DNA of 64,000 nt from the human T2T-CHM13v2.0 reference genome, Homo sapiens (GCF_009914755.1 NC_060941.1); one strand, 5' to 3'. Positions 1 to 16,140 are shown, counted from the stretch's first letter. Numbers and translations are program-made. The notes: generated from the sequence alone by a model not told the origin.

Positions 1-218
1 ACCTCCGCCTCCGTGTTCAATCGATTCTCTTGCCTCAGCCTCCCAAGTAGCTGGGATTACAGGCATGTGCCATCACGCCCGGCTAATATTTGTATTTTTA
101 GTAGAGATGAGGTTTCTCCATGTTGGTCAGGCTGGTCTTGAACTCCTGACCTCAGGTGATCTGCCCGCCTCGGCCTCCCAAAGTGCTGGGATTACAGGTG
201 TGAGCCACCACGCAGGGC
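1..218 (-). mobile_element. Alu (AluS-like, truncated by window)
   Basis: Alu consensus, reverse. Confidence 0.95.
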
Positions 219-582
219 CTTCTCTTTCACTCTTTAATCATCTTGGAAATGGGCTGAATTCAAAACTTGGTGAGAAATCCAACAACAGAGCAGTGGCCCA
301 GTGTGCAGTCATGAGATGGCCCCCAGCACGCCGCTTCAGGGTTCTCACCAGTGAGTCGCTACCAGTGTCCTCTACACAGTTTTCATTATCCATCACTACC
401 CCCAGCTTGCTTCTGACAACAGCTTCCTCCCACAGGGAGCTGTGCTGGGGATAATCCAAAGAAATCAGCACACAGAAAGTCATGTTTTCTAGAACAGGAG
501 TTATTAACCTGGGTCCCTTGGTGAACTGCAGAGATCCAAGAAGACCTTAGAATTTTATGCAAAACTTTGAGCGAGAGAGACT

Positions 583-601
583 GTGTGTGTGTGTGTGTGT
601 G
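583..601. repeat. (TG)n microsatellite
   Basis: Direct. Confidence 0.85.
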
Positions 602-1449
602 CACATGCATTCACATGTACATGTGTGCTTATGGGTGACGAGAGAGATGATCTTTCGCTTTCATCAGTTTTTCAAAGGGGCCAACTATCTAGAGAGAGTT
701 TGAGACTCTCCTCGAAGAGTTGTCAGTGTAGATGTGATCTGGTTGCAGAACGCTCCCCCAGGAGGCTGGCTGGCTCGGCCAGGTTGGGTGGAAGTGGCTG
801 TATGGAGATTTGCCTGAAAAGGGCCAAACCACCAAGCCATGCAGGAACAAATGCTCAGGCCAAAAACCCAGTGATACGTCTGCACAGACTTCATGGTTCT
901 GGGGAGAAAGCTTTGGTGGAAGAAGGATATGGGAGCTGGACAAGTGACTTCCTAGATGAGACAGACAATCCAGATCAGGGCTTCTGAACCCTCCCAGAAC
1001 AGCGGCTCCTAAGAGGAACAGAATGAAGGCCTGGCAAAAAATACGGTGGAGTTTTCTGTGGTTGGGGACTCAACTCCCTGAGCTGTTGATGGAGATGCAC
1101 AAATGCAGAGGGCTCCTGAGCGGGACACGCTATCTGGTGATGGTCAGTGGAAAGGAGAAGAGAGGCCCCCCCATTAGTATTGATGACCTCAGCGTCCATA
1201 AGCTGGACCTTGGAATACGGGGAGGGGTGAGGAAGGTGGGAACGAGTCCCTGGTCTGTGTCAGACACTGAGAAGGGTGCTTGCCAGTAGTGCTATCATCT
1301 GATCCTCACAGGAGAGGGAGCCCACATACCCCACACATGAGATGTTGAAAAGAATGCTGGAGAGAATGCACCCAAAAAGCCCTTAGCAAGTATTCACTAC
1401 ATGGTAGGTATTAGTATTATGATTGTTATGATTCTCTTTTACTTTATAT

Positions 1450-1712
1450 CTTTCAAGTCTCAACTCAAATATGACTTCTTCAGAGAAACCTTTCCTTAAC
1501 CCCTCAACTATATTGAGTTCCCTTTCCATAATCTCATAGTATCCCATAATTCTCACAATTGTAATTGAACAATATGTGTGTTGCATGTCTTGTCTATGAG
1601 ACTGTGAGTTCCACGGGGCAGGAACATTGCCTGTCTTGCTCAGTGTCCTCAGAGCTTGGCACATGCCTGGCTCACAGAAGGTGCGCTCCATGCAGAAGTG
1701 TTGAATGAACAA
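1450..1712 (+). mobile_element. L2 3' end
   Basis: ctgtgagttcca..ggcagg..cctggctcacag..tgttgaatgaa signature. Confidence 0.75.
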
Positions 1713-1759
1713 GTGAAATGTTAGCGATTAGGCAGGGGCCACATAAAGCATTGAGTGCC

Positions 1760-1900
1760 AGATTTCCATCCCACAGATGGGGAAACTGACATGCAGAGAG
1801 GTACATGGACTTAGCAAAGATCACGTGGCTAGGAGTTGGGGAGCCTGGCAGGAACTGGGCTCCATGTGAGCCACCTTCAGCCCTCACACCCCAGCCCTGC
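1760..1900 (-). mobile_element. MIR
   Basis: cagatggggaaactga core. Confidence 0.65.
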
Positions 1901-2508
1901 ACTCTAACAAGGAAACCACACAAGCTCATTTGCCTAGGTCAACAACAACAACAAGACTCCTGAGGACATGAAAATGAAAAGCACACCACTCCCTCCGGGC
2001 CCCACCCCCAGCCCCCCACCCCATCCTGTGATCTGGCAACTTCTGCTGTTGCTGTGCATGGACGCCTTGCTTGTGAGATCCCAGGGAGTTTCAGAGTGAC
2101 AGCCTGACGCCATGCTGAACATCAAGTGGCTAGGGTGAGCAGGCCATAGCTGTGCCAGGTCACTGGTCCCCCTGTAGGCCTGGGCGGTCAGTGCTATGGT
2201 GCGAAGACATAGAAAGCACAATGAAGAAGGAGGGGGCGGTCAGTGCTGAAGGGCAAAGGAAGAGCATCAGGGAAGGATTCAGAAGATGAGGCTTGAGCTG
2301 GGCTTCTAGGAGGAACTGGCAGTTCACCAGGCAGGCAGAGGCAGGGAAGAGCAATCTGGGGAGAAGCAACAGCACACGCAAAGGTGCAGAGGTCTCCTCA
2401 GGCTACAGGAGAGGAAGAAGGAGGGGTGGACCTGGGATGGGTGGTGGGTGTGGACCGTCTCTGGAAAGTCATGCAGCTCTGCAGCGTTTTCAGCTGAAAA
2501 GTGACTCA

Positions 2509-2931
<423 letters not shown>

Positions 2932-3749
2932 CTAGCAAGCCACTTGATAGACTCAGAAGACTCAAGAAGGACCCAGGATCTTCTCTGTGCCATGAAAGTC
3001 ATCCATTTCTTCCCATTCATCAGCCCCCAACCCCCTTTTGGGTGTAACTTGCTGTAGCTGTGACTCACTTATCTGGAAGTCACTTAACCGATAACCTCAA
3101 CTATCCAGAACCTAGCTGCTATCCTACAAGCAAGCAACCAAACAAAAGCACCTCGTGGCCACAATTCATGCCCCCAAATTGTGTTGTATGGGGCATGCGC
3201 TTGACACCCACAGGAACACCTAGGCCACCACTTAGGCTTGGTCAATTCTGGTTAAGAGCAGACGCCAGAGTCAGCCCAGCTCTGGCACCACCTAAATGTG
3301 TGGCCTTGGCCCTCGGTTTTCTCATATGTGAAATGGGGGCAATAATTGTAGCTACCTCAGAGTGTGACTGTGAAGATTAAAGGACATGACATACTCAGCA
3401 CAGTGCCCAACACCATGAAGTCATAGCCAAAGGAGAAAAGGACAGGGAGAAAGATGAAAGAGAACGAAGCATGAATGTACAAAAAGACACAGGGTACAAA
3501 AGAGAATGGCAGGCCAGAACCATTTGATGAAAATTTCAAGAAATTATTCAATCATATCCAACATGCTACATTTATAAATGCAAGCAACATACTTTACAAA
3601 GATTTCTTTTAAAACATAATACAATGAAAAGTTCTGATACTTAGAAGGTAGAGCTACTGGAAAAATTAATGTATGAAAGCTATGAGAACAACATAATTCT
3701 GTGTGGACCTGTGTATCGCTAACACATCCCCCAAATCTATAAAAAGTGC

Positions 3750-3955
3750 ACTGTATTTAATAGAATCTAAGATGCCATCAATTGTAAGATGCACCGTTAT
3801 TTTGTGTGGCAATAAGGAAGAAATATTGTTGCCTATTATAATTGGAAGATGCCATAAACAGTAAAATGCACCTTGATTTCAGTGAAATTCATACAATTAG
3901 CACATTCAGTGCTAAAATGTGAAAATATGTACATCTTCAAATTGATGAAATATTT
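3750..3955. mobile_element. MER96B-like non-autonomous DNA transposon
   Basis: ctgtatttaatagaatctaagatgc ... catcttcaaattgatgaaata degenerate inverted ends. Confidence 0.5.
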
Positions 3956-4139
3956 TACTATGTAATATATGTTTGCTACGGGAGGGTATCATCTTCCCTT
4001 TGGGCAGAAGTCAGATGTACTCTTTCCTTTCTCTCCTCCCACCCCATCTATATCTGAGGCTCAAAAATCAAATTAAACACCTCTCCCTTGACTTGTTAAG
4101 GATCACTCTATCTTCTTCTTCCAGGAGCTTTCTCTGTTT

Positions 4140-4303
4140 TTTAAATTTTATTTTTTGTTTTTGTAAAGACAGGGTCTCACTCTGTTGCCCAGGCTGGAAT
4201 GCAGTGACACGATCATAGCTCACTGCAGCCTCGAACTCCTGGCCTCAAAGCCTTGGCTTCCCAAAGTGCTGGGATTATAGGCATGAACCACTATGCCTGG
4301 CCA
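4140..4303 (-). mobile_element. Alu monomer/FLAM-AluJ fragment
   Basis: Alu consensus. Confidence 0.85.
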
Positions 4304-4686
4304 GCTTTCTTTCTTAACACATTGGTTCAGGCTTTTAGCTCACCAGCTGAGGCCAAACAGGCATTCTGGTTCTCAGAGGTCCCACAGGGCCACGCAGCTC
4401 AGTCCCTTGGGATGAGCATCTTTGAAGAAAGGCCAAGTCAGCACAGCTTGAGTGCTCAGCGGAACCCAAGCTGGGGCTTCCAAACTCTAGGCTACCCAGG
4501 CAAAAAGGATCCTGGCTCTCCTCCTCTCCCACTTCTCAGCCAGCAGGCCCCTGATGGATGGCTAACACAGGGGTATGGAGCAGCCTGCACCCCTGCCTTC
4601 TCATCCTCATGCCAACATCAACCCCAAATGCTCTTGTCACCCAGTGCCACCAGTTAGCATCCAACCTATTCTTCTTCTTCTTCTTC

Positions 4687-4832
4687 TTTTTTTTTTTTGT
4701 TTGTCTGTTTGCTTGAGATAGGGTCTCTCTGTGTCTGCCAGGCTATAGCGCAGTGAAGCGATCATAGCTCACTGCAGCCTCGAACTCCTGGGGTCAAGCA
4801 ATCCTCCCACTTAAGCTTCTCGAGTAGCTGGG
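4687..4832 (-). mobile_element. AluJ/FRAM fragment
   Basis: Alu consensus. Confidence 0.85.
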
Positions 4833-5266
4833 CAACCTGTTATTCTTGAGGGCAATAATCAACAGTGAATGGGAGGGAGGAAAGGCAAGCAGGGAGGCAG
4901 AGACTGTCTGCTTCTACTGCAGCCTGAGGAGGGAAGATAATGAATCATCCCTCTCGTAAGCTAGAGATGAAAGGAGGGAGGTTCTTAAAACCCTAATGAG
5001 GCTCAGCACACAAAGACCCCAAGCCTTCCTGCCCTCACAGTCCTGGTTTGTGAGGCTTCAAAAAGCAGGGGAGGGAGCCCTGAAGCAAGAAAATAGCTTG
5101 ACCATCCAAAACTGTCTTCTTTGTCTTCCACGGGTCCACAGGCAAAGACCCACACCACCACAGCCACAACGAGGAAACACGGAAGCCAGCGTTCTACAAA
5201 CATCCACGGAGCATCTCCCACGTGCAGCCGTTCTCATCATACATGCCTCACTTAATTTTCCACACT

Positions 5267-5570
5267 GGGCCAGGCACAGTGGCTCATGTCTATAATCCCA
5301 GCACTTTGGAAGGCCAAGGTAGACGGATCGCTTGAGCTCAAGGAATTTGGGACCAACCTGGGCAACATGGCAAAACCCTGCCTCTACAAAAAATACAAAA
5401 ATTAGCTGGGCGCCGTGGTGCTGACCTGTAATCCCAGCTACTTGGGAGGCGGAGGCGGAGGATTGCTTGAGCCTGGGAATTTAAGGCTGCAGTGAGCCAT
5501 GATCACGCCACTGCACTCCAGCCTGAGTGACAGAGCAAGACCCTGTCTCAATAATAATAATAATAATAAT
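5267..5570 (+). mobile_element. AluJ with (AAT)n tail
   Basis: Alu consensus. Confidence 0.92.
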
Positions 5571-6139
5571 TCCACACAGCTCTATGGGTCAGTATGACAG
5601 CCCATTTTATGAATCAGGAGACTGAGGCTGGGTTGGGGGACAGTGTGATGCTGCAGGTCACACAGCTGGATCCGGTTGGAACTTGGGTCTCTTTTCCACA
5701 TCATGCATGGTTCCCAAGCAACGGCTTCAGCATCATCACTTAAGGAGCTCATTCAAAGTTTTGAAAACTACAGATTCCAGATCCCATCCCTGGAAAGCCA
5801 CGTTGTAGGGTTGGCTCCAAGAGAGCCCTACCTGCAGTCAGCTCTGGGAGCCAGTGCCTTACAGGTGGTCCTGAGGGCAGGAAGGAAAGTGTGGGGTGGA
5901 TGAGAAGGCACAGAAGGAAAACGAGGGTGTCAGTCCAGAGAGGACCTTGGAGGCAGGCTTGGCCTACTTTTAGCCCTTATTCTGCCTAAACCCACCCCTC
6001 CTCTCTACTCCGAGTCTTGTTAACTCGCTTTATACCACATCCTGCTGCTTTAACCTCGCCTTCCTTTTCCTTCTGAACAATCTCCTTCCTCCTACTGACC
6101 TGAACTTTTTGTGTATTTACCCCAGGCCGGGATGGGCCA

Positions 6140-6157
6140 GCACGCGCACATGCGCAT

Positions 6158-6196
<39 letters not shown>
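6140..6196. repeat. (CA)n microsatellite with CG/CA alternating extension
   Basis: 57 nt of uninterrupted purine/pyrimidine alternation. Confidence 0.9.
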
Positions 6197-6198
<2 letters not shown>

Positions 6199-6760
6199 TC
6201 ACGCGGGGATGTCCAGTGTGTAAACACAGATCCTCTGAGAGCAGAAAGCGTGCAGTTCTCTAGGACAGCAGCCGCGTCTGGGCCCAAGGCTGGCTAACTA
6301 GCAGGCTGAGTGAGGCTCGACGGAGGGCGCCTTACGCGGGCACTTCCATGACTCCCAGGTTCTGACGGCACAAGAGCCCTGATGCCCACGCTCACGGACA
6401 GTTCCCCGCTGGAGCGGGCAGGGGACCTGACCCTACGACACAGGGCGTCCTGTGTCAGAGGCAGGAGGCTGAGGACACAGCTGCGCAGAGCCGCCCAGCA
6501 GAGGTTACCCGGATAACGATAAGTGGTCCCCGCGACGCCCCTTAAGTCTCTGGGGTTATCTGGAGCGCAGGTTTGCAGACCCGCTGCCCCCGCGGTGGGC
6601 CAGGTCCACGGGGCCGGAAGATAGCAGGATCTGTCCAGCCCTCGGGCTGCGGCGGCTGCTCGCGGAGCCCACTCTCCCCGACGGTCCCCAGCTTGCTCCA
6701 GCTCTGCCTGGAGCTCCCATGCGTGCCCTCCGCATCCGCCCTGGCCGCCCAGTCACACAC

Positions 6761-6872
6761 CTGCAGTCCCCGCCGGGCGCCGAGCCCCTCTCCAGCGGCG
6801 ACTCCCTGCGATTCGGGTGACCGTCGGGACCACCGCGCCCCAGCTGGAGCCGCGCGGCGAGCCGCAGCATCT
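6761..6872 (-). other. PIK3R5: PIK3R5 (p101) non-coding first exon
   Basis: Minus-strand donor CAG|GTGTGT at 6761/6760 within a CpG island, with GC boxes immediately upstream (6893-6940). The gene name comes from the known head-to-head neighbourhood of PIK3R5 and NTN1, not from coding sequence. TSS approximate. Confidence 0.7.
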
Positions 6873-6999
6873 GCCCAGCCTGGGCTCCTCCGGCGGGCGG
6901 GGCGGAGCCTGTCAGGGGGCGGGGCCTAATGGGGCGGGGCTGACCGCGGAGCCGGCCTCTCCAGCCACCTGGCGGCCCGGCAGCGTCAGCCAGGTGCGC

Positions 7000-7158
7000 G
7001 CCCGGCCCCACATCCTCTGGGTCACGCCCCCGAGGCCGCAAGGCGTCTGAGAAGCAGCCCCGGCTCTGACCCGCCAGCCCTCGGAAGAAGCAGACCCTGG
7101 CCGGTCCATGGCAGTGGCCCGAGGGGCACCAGCGCGGAGCACCAGCGACCCCCAAGGA
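7000..7158 (+). ncRNA. Candidate first exon of divergent lncRNA from the PIK3R5 promoter
   Basis: Plus-strand donor-like GGA|GTAAGG at 7158/7159 on the far side of the GC boxes; start uncertain. Confidence 0.35.
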
Positions 7159-7245
7159 GTAAGGGGAGGTTAGGCCCCCGCGTCGGAAGCGCGGCTTTGG
7201 CCCCGCAGGAGGGCTGGGCGGAGCAGGGGGGCAGGTCTGGGGTAG

Positions 7246-7635
<390 letters not shown>

Positions 7636-9099
7636 CCTACTTCTATTTTCTTTGGGTGCCCTTAACCCTTAAAATGCCTGCACTACTGCTGTGCAGACGG
7701 GCACCTTGACCCGCATCCTTCTGTAGGAACCTTCATAGAAATACCAGCCAGTCCCGGCGTTCAGCACTGCTGTTCCAGCCTCTGGCTGGACTTCCCGCCC
7801 TCCCTGGCCGGCACCAAGGCTACTGTCACCTGAGTGGTTTCCCCAGCCCCTGGGGAAGGGAGTGAGGGTGTGCGGGAGTTCCTGCCTCCAGGGTCAAGGC
7901 CCTCTTCTTGCCTCCCCCTTTTCTCCCCCAGACGACGTTGCAGATGATGCTCTACCAAGAGTTGGAAGGACTCCCCAGGGAATCCCACAAGACACTGCGC
8001 TTCCTATGCCTCCTTTCCCTCGTTTAAAAAATGGGGATAAGAAGGTTGGCTACTGCTCCGACAGCCCTCACAATGGAAGAGTAGCACTTCATTTGTGGGT
8101 TAACAAAGGGCAACGCTGAAATCTCCACTTCCACTATTGAATGGAACTGTGTCATAATATCTGTTAGAGGCGTGCAAACTCGGCCACAAGGTCATGGTCA
8201 TACGTTATTGTTGGTCAAAAGCCGCAGCCCTACCTGAGGCTTTGAGAGATATGAACACCAATGACTTTTCTTTTCCTGACTCCCGAAATACCAAGAAAAA
8301 GCAACTTCCCCAAATGGACAGAAACAGAAAGTACCCTTGGTTGAACACAGAGGCCTGGTTCCAGCCATCGTTAGAAGTGGGAAGGAACTCAGACCCCCTC
8401 TCCTACCTCATCCCCAACCCCTTCCCCACACGTCACCCTTTCACAGAGAAGGAACCAGAGCCACCAAGGGCTGAGAGAGGACTTGATAAGGATTCCAGTC
8501 TTCTGTCTCCCCTGTCCCCACTTTTTCCACCACAAAAATATGGACATTTGGAAGAAGAGGAGAAGAGGGAAGGTACACACTGTGCAAAGGAAGAAAATGG
8601 CAGAAATGCTCTGGAATCAGGAATTCAGGAGCAAGAATGACACTGTGTGCCAGATGGAAATGTTGGATTAGGAGAGCACTTGGAAAGGCAAATAATCTGC
8701 CAGAGAAATTATGGGATGCCTGCCTTCTGAAAATGGAGGAAAACTGCAAAAGAGTGGCTCATTGGTGCTCACTCCTAGGGCTCTGAGCATCCCAAGAAGC
8801 CAACTTGGTCCCATCGTACATCCCCTCAGAAGTAGGCATTCTCCTCTCCACCTACAGCTGTGACCCAGATGTGGAGCCTGCATGTTATGCCACGCCGTCA
8901 ACACTGAGTTCTGTCTGCGTCTCCCTGTCACAGATCTGATCAGCACCTGACACCTATCCATTCTCCATTTCCCACCTCCCCAAAGCTGCTGGAAAAACTC
9001 TGAAAGGTACCTCTGTCACTCATTAAGCATCTGATTATGTACCTCTTTCTACAACTCCTTTGTTGCTTTGTTTTAAAATCTATGGCTCTTTGAAATCAC

Positions 9100-9630
9100 T
9101 CTCCTTCCTTTCACTGCCTAATGTTTTCAAAGAGGAGTCTACCCCTGCCTCCACTTCCTCATCTTACATTTATTCCTCAATTCTCTGAACAGAGACCACC
9201 AGGGAAACCCCAAATGTCAACTCCAATGGTTTCATTTTCTTACCTCACTACAGCATTTGGCACCACTCCTTCTTGAAAATCCCCTCCTTGGCTTCTCCTC
9301 CACCTCTCACCATGATTTCTGTTTTCTTCTTCTGGCTTCATTTCTTCATCATCTCTTAAACATTACAATGCTTGAGATTTCAGATAAGGATGCTTCTCTT
9401 CTCCCTGGGCAATCTCATCCATTCCCATCATACTGATCCCTCCCAAACTATCGCCCAGACTTCTCTCTTGAGCTCCAGATCTGTAATTCCAAGTGTTTTC
9501 TGTACACCCATACCTAGATAATCAATCCAAAAGCCTTTTAATTACTCCATGACCTAAAATAAATTCCTCATCTTCTCCCAAACTCCTTCTCCTGCCTTCC
9601 CTATCTCAGTTGACATCATTACTATCCACC
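9100..9630 (+). mobile_element. L2 fragment
   Basis: ctctcttgagctccaga.., ctcagttgacatcattactatccac type L2 sequence. Confidence 0.6.
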
Positions 9631-9644
9631 AGTGGATAGTAAGA

Positions 9645-10560
9645 TTTCTAGTAACTTATAGCCAGAATATATAAAGAACTCCCACAACTCAAAAGTAGTA
9701 AAGACAAAGAATCCAATTTAAAAATGGGCAAAAGACTTGAACAGACACTTCAACAAAAAAAAGATATGCGCATGGCCAATAAACACACGAAAAGGTGCTA
9801 ACATGATGAGTCTTTGGGGAAATGCAAACTTAAACCATGAGTTACCACTTTACAGTCATTAGAATAGCTAAAATTCATACTGAAAACACCAAATGTTGGC
9901 AAGGATGTGGAGCAACTGAAACACTCATATATTGCTTGTAGGAGTGTAACACGGCACAACAAGTTTGGGAAACTGATTGGCAGTATCTAATAAAGTTAAA
10001 TATACATCTACTTGTGACCTAGAAATTCCACTCCTAGGTATATATCCAAGATAAATGAATGTATATATCCCCACAGAAACATATATATGAATGACTGTAG
10101 CAACTTTATTTATAATAGCCCCAAACTGGAAACACCCTAAATATCATTAATAGTAGAATGCATTTTTTGTTAAATTGTGGGATATTCGTACACTGGAATG
10201 CTACTCAGCAGTAAAAAGGAATAAATGACTGATGCATTTGTCCACATAGGTGAATCTCACAAAAATGATGCTGAGCAAAAGAAGCCAGACACAAAAGAAA
10301 ATATAGTGCATGATTCCATTTATATGAAGTTCAAGAACCAGCAAACTAACTTATAGTGATAGGAGTCAGAATGATGGTTATCTTGGGGGAAGGGAACAAT
10401 TTAGCCAGAAAGTGGACATGAGTGAACTTTCTGGGGTGGCGTTTTTATCTTGATGGTGGTTAAATGGTTTCTGCATATGCACAAGTTAGTGAGATCTTCA
10501 CTTAAAAGTTACATATTCTGCTCTTTGTAAATTATATCCCAGTACATAAAATATGTGAGA
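9645..10560 (+). mobile_element. Old L1 (L1M) ORF2 end / 3'UTR
   Basis: aaatgggcaaaagacttgaacagacacttc, attccactcctaggtatatatcca motifs. Confidence 0.85.
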
Positions 10561-10584
10561 AAAGAAAATCCACATTGGTCTTCC

Positions 10585-10674
10585 TGTCACCCAGTGCAGT
10601 GGCATGATCAATGCTCCCTGCAGCCTCAAATTCCTGGGCTCAAGCCATCCTCCTGCCTCAGGCATGCCTAGCTA

Positions 10675-10725
<51 letters not shown>

Positions 10726-10846
10726 TTGGTAGAAATGGAGTCTTGCTGTATTGCCCAGGTAGGTCTCAAACTCCTAGGCTTAAACAATACTCCCACCCGG
10801 GCCTCCCAAAGTGCTGGGATTACAGGTGCAAGCCACTGTGCCTGGC
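10585..10846 (-). mobile_element. AluJ (partial)
   Basis: Alu consensus. Confidence 0.85.
10675..10722. repeat. (ATT)n microsatellite in Alu linker
   Basis: Direct. Confidence 0.9.
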
Positions 10847-12189
10847 TGACATTGGGCTTTTATATCTTCATGCCCTTCCTCTCTCTGTCCTCTCTGCTTA
10901 AAATACCTCTCTCCACTTATTTATTTGACTGAATGCTTACTGACTATTCATGATAATCAGGAGAACCACCTCAACTTCTATTCCAGAATAAATATAGACT
11001 CCCTCCTGGTAAAAATAAACAGAGAGAGAAAAAGTAATGATATGAAAACACAAAAAGATTCAGACTTTCAACAGAACGGAACATGGTCAGAGAAAATTAG
11101 TTTCCTTTGAAATGAAATTTCCACAAGAAGAAGAGGAAAAAAAATTAAACATCTTTCTCTTTTATGTTTTTAATAATATTTGGGAGGATATTGTATTTGC
11201 AAGTGTAGTGGATTATGTAATTACAAACTGAAATTACAAGGAATCATTAAGAAATTACAAACTGAAATTAGGAAACATTTTTAGCTTGCTAAATTTAAAC
11301 CTCAATGGAAACAATGAACAGAAGATTGGGAACTGAAGAAAGCTGAATGTGTGACCCAGAACTCAAGCTTGAAAATTTATCCTGGAATTCAGAAGAGAAA
11401 AGATGATCTGTGATAGCTAGACTATAGAGGTCTAATATGTGTATAACAGTAATTCCACAAGGAGAGAGATGAGAAAATAAAATATATGGCAGAAGAAATT
11501 TTCTCTGAACTAAAGAAAGATTTGCATCTTCTACTCAATATCTTAACTTTCCTGGTAAGACATGAATTACCAAAAATTGACTTAAGAAGAGATACACTCT
11601 GAATAGACCAATAACCATAGAATTGTATAAATTATCAAAGAACATCTCTCTTGAAAGTCTCCATGTCTTGGTAGTTACATAGATGACTTCTATCAAATTT
11701 TAAAGGACAGAATTCTACCATGCTTTTAAAAAATACTACCATGAAAAATATAGTATGCTAACCTTTCATGTAAAAAAGAAAGAGAAATAAGAAAATATGC
11801 ATGTATCTTCTCATTTGTAGAAAAACAAGTATAGGAAGGATCAACCAGAAACTGATGAGATTGGTTACCTACAGTGGATAGGTAGGGATAGTCTGGAAAG
11901 AATGGGAGATTGGGGGTAAGGATAGAAGGGATGGGAGAAATGACAATTCTCTGAGTATGCTGTTTGTACAGTTCTTACTTTGAGGACCATGATAATGCTA
12001 CATATATCCTCATCTCACCCTAAAGTAGTAAGTTTACATCAATCAGGATGTGATGGGAACCCAAAACTGAATATGAACAGTAACAAATGAACCTATTACA
12101 AATGAATGATATAATCATACTGAGGAAGGAGAAGACAAAAGGAACTAACCAAGTAACATAGAAAACCATATTTTGACTACATACTATAA

Positions 12190-12897
12190 GTATGTGCCCT
12201 GTCCAAATCTCATACTGAAATGTAATCCCCAGTGCTGGAGGTGGGGCCTGTTGGAAGGTGATTGGATCATGGGGGCAGATTTCTCATGAATGGTTTTTCA
12301 CCATCCCTCTTGGTACTGTCCTCTTGAGAGTGAGTTCTCATGAGATCTGGTCATTTAAAAGTGTGTAGTACTGGGCAGGCGCAGTGGCTCATGCCTGTAA
12401 TCCCAGCACTTTGGGAGGCCAAGGCAGGCGGATCATGAGGTCAGGAGATTGAGACCATCTTGGCCAACATGGTGAAATTCCGTCTCAACTAAAAATACAA
12501 AAATTAGCTAGGTGTGGTGGTACATGCCTGTAATCCCAGCTACTTGGGAGGCTGAGGCAGGAGAATCGCTTGAACCAGGGAGTCAGAGGTGGCAATGAGC
12601 CAAGATCGCACCACTGCACTCCAGCCTGGCGACAGAGTGAGACTCCATCTAAAAAAAAAAAAAATTGTGTAGTACCTCCCACCTTGGTCTCTCTTGCTCC
12701 TTCTCTGGCCATGTGACATGCAAGCCCCAACTTTGCATTCCACCGCAATTGTGAGCTTCCAGAGGCCTCCCCAGAAGCAGAAGCCACTACGCTTCCTGCA
12801 CAGCCTGCAAAACCATGAGCCGATTAAACCTCTTTTCTTTATAAAAATTACCCAGTCTCAGGTGTTTCTCTATAGCTATGTGAGAACAGACTAATAC
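12190..12897 (+). mobile_element. MaLR LTR (MSTA/MSTB-like), split by an Alu
   Basis: aaatctcat..tgaaatgtaatcccc...ttaaacctctttt...gagaacagactaataca. Confidence 0.85.
12373..12664 (+). mobile_element. AluS in MST LTR
   Basis: Alu consensus; TSD tgtgtagtac. Confidence 0.93.
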
Positions 12898-13742
12898 AAA
12901 AGCTAAAGATGAAAAAAAAAAAAAAAAACAAAAAAAAACACAACTTGTACCACATTGTGTTGGTATTACTGCTTAAGGGGTCTGTTTTCTGATGAGCAAA
13001 TCTATATCTCACAGGTATATGGGTTAGAAATTCTGAAACTCTTTTATATATATATGTGAAGATTGAACAAATAAGTAAATATATTGTGAATAATGAGAGC
13101 CAAGTTTTTCGGTGTTGAGGAAGGAAGTTACAAACAAGGAAAGGTGGAAGGCTAGAATGAATGTGGTGGTGTTAGATGAGAATTGGAGGTATCAGTATAT
13201 ACTCATGGTTTTTAATAGTTAGATACATAGATAAATATATAGATAAAGAGATATAGATGTATGTATATTTCCCAGCTCTGATGATGGAGCCTAGAGGTAA
13301 TGATATCCCACTAGGGATGAGCACACCTAGCTTCCAGATCTTGGTTTCTAAATATCATCCTTCAATAAAAGGAACCAGAGCTCCTTGGAGGAATGTCTGA
13401 TTGAAGGGCCATGACAGGGAAAGAACAAGATGAATCTAGAACATCTTGTGGTACTAGAAAATAATAAAGTGCTCAAAAAATGATTAATGTTTGTCAAAAG
13501 AATGCAATAACCAACTTGAAGGGGCTCCCAGTGACCAAATCCAGAACAAGCTGAGTAACACAATAACGATAGTTATGGGTTATAGCTTATAGAATAAAAT
13601 AAGTAGCCAAGAGTCCATAATGACATAAAAAAATTGGATAAATACATGGGGGAGAATTGACAACCCTTTCTTACAGTGGAATGCCAGTGAATACATGTAG
13701 AAGGAAGATGGAAGCAGAAAAATCACCATTTGGTAAACATCA

Positions 13743-14071
<329 letters not shown>

Positions 14072-14119
14072 TCATCAATGTATGCTAAATGCAGTGAGCA
14101 AAAATATGATGATAAATGG

Positions 14120-15123
<1,004 letters not shown>

Positions 15124-15333
15124 AAGATACTTTCTAGTTACAAAGGGAAAATAGAAACCTTACAGCAAAGAAGCCAGACGGACACCCCCTTAACCAAGTG
15201 AACAAAGTTAACATTATCATAAGGAGACACAGCAATAACATTCATCTCGTGATTTGATGCTGAGACAGGCACATCATTTCTGTGGTATTCTTGCCAAAAA
15301 TGTCTTACATCAATCTCATCAGAGAAAACATCA

Positions 15334-15630
15334 GGGCTTGGTGTTGGTTGCTCACACCTGTAATGCCAGCATGTTGGGAAGCTAAGGTGGGAGAATTGCT
15401 TGAGACCAGGATTTCAAGACCAGCCTGGGCAACATAGCAAGACCCATTTCTACCAAAAAATAAATATGTATATTAGCTGGGTGCAGTGGCATGGGCCTGT
15501 AGTCCCAACTACTAAGCATGCTGAGGTGGGAAGATCGCTTGAGTCCAGGAGGTTGAGGTTGCAGTGCAGTCTAGCCTAGGTGACAGAGCCTAGATGACAA
15601 CCTGTCTCTAAAAAGAAAAGAAAGAAAAAG
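15334..15630 (+). mobile_element. AluJ
   Basis: Diverged Alu; TSD gaaaacatcag. Confidence 0.9.
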
Positions 15631-16140
15631 GAAAACATCAGACTCACTCAAATTGAGGGACATTCTACAAAATCTTCAACAGTGTCAAGCTCAGGAAACA
15701 AAGGCTAAAGGGCTGTCACAGATTGTCACACAACACTTAAATGCAATGAGGGATTTGAACTTGGATCCTGGGCCAGAAACAGTACATTTAGTTGTACTAT
15801 CGGCAAAATTTGAATAAGGTCTGTAGACTAGTTAATAGTTTTGTATCAGTGTTAATTTTTTGATTTCAAGAATCAGACTATGTTATATACAACGCTAATA
15901 TTTAGGGAAGCTGGGTCAAAGGTCTATGGGGACTCTTACGTTTGCACCTTTGTTTGTAAATCCAAAATTATTTCAAAATACAAACTTAAAAAAGCAAAAC
16001 TTGAAAGTTGCAAATCTTACAAACTTTGGAAAAACTTCCCATTTTGTTTTCACCTGATACTAAAACACAAAAAGAAAACTACAGGTGAATTCTTCTCTAT
16101 GATACAGATATAAAATCTGAAATAGAATAAGTGCAAGTTT

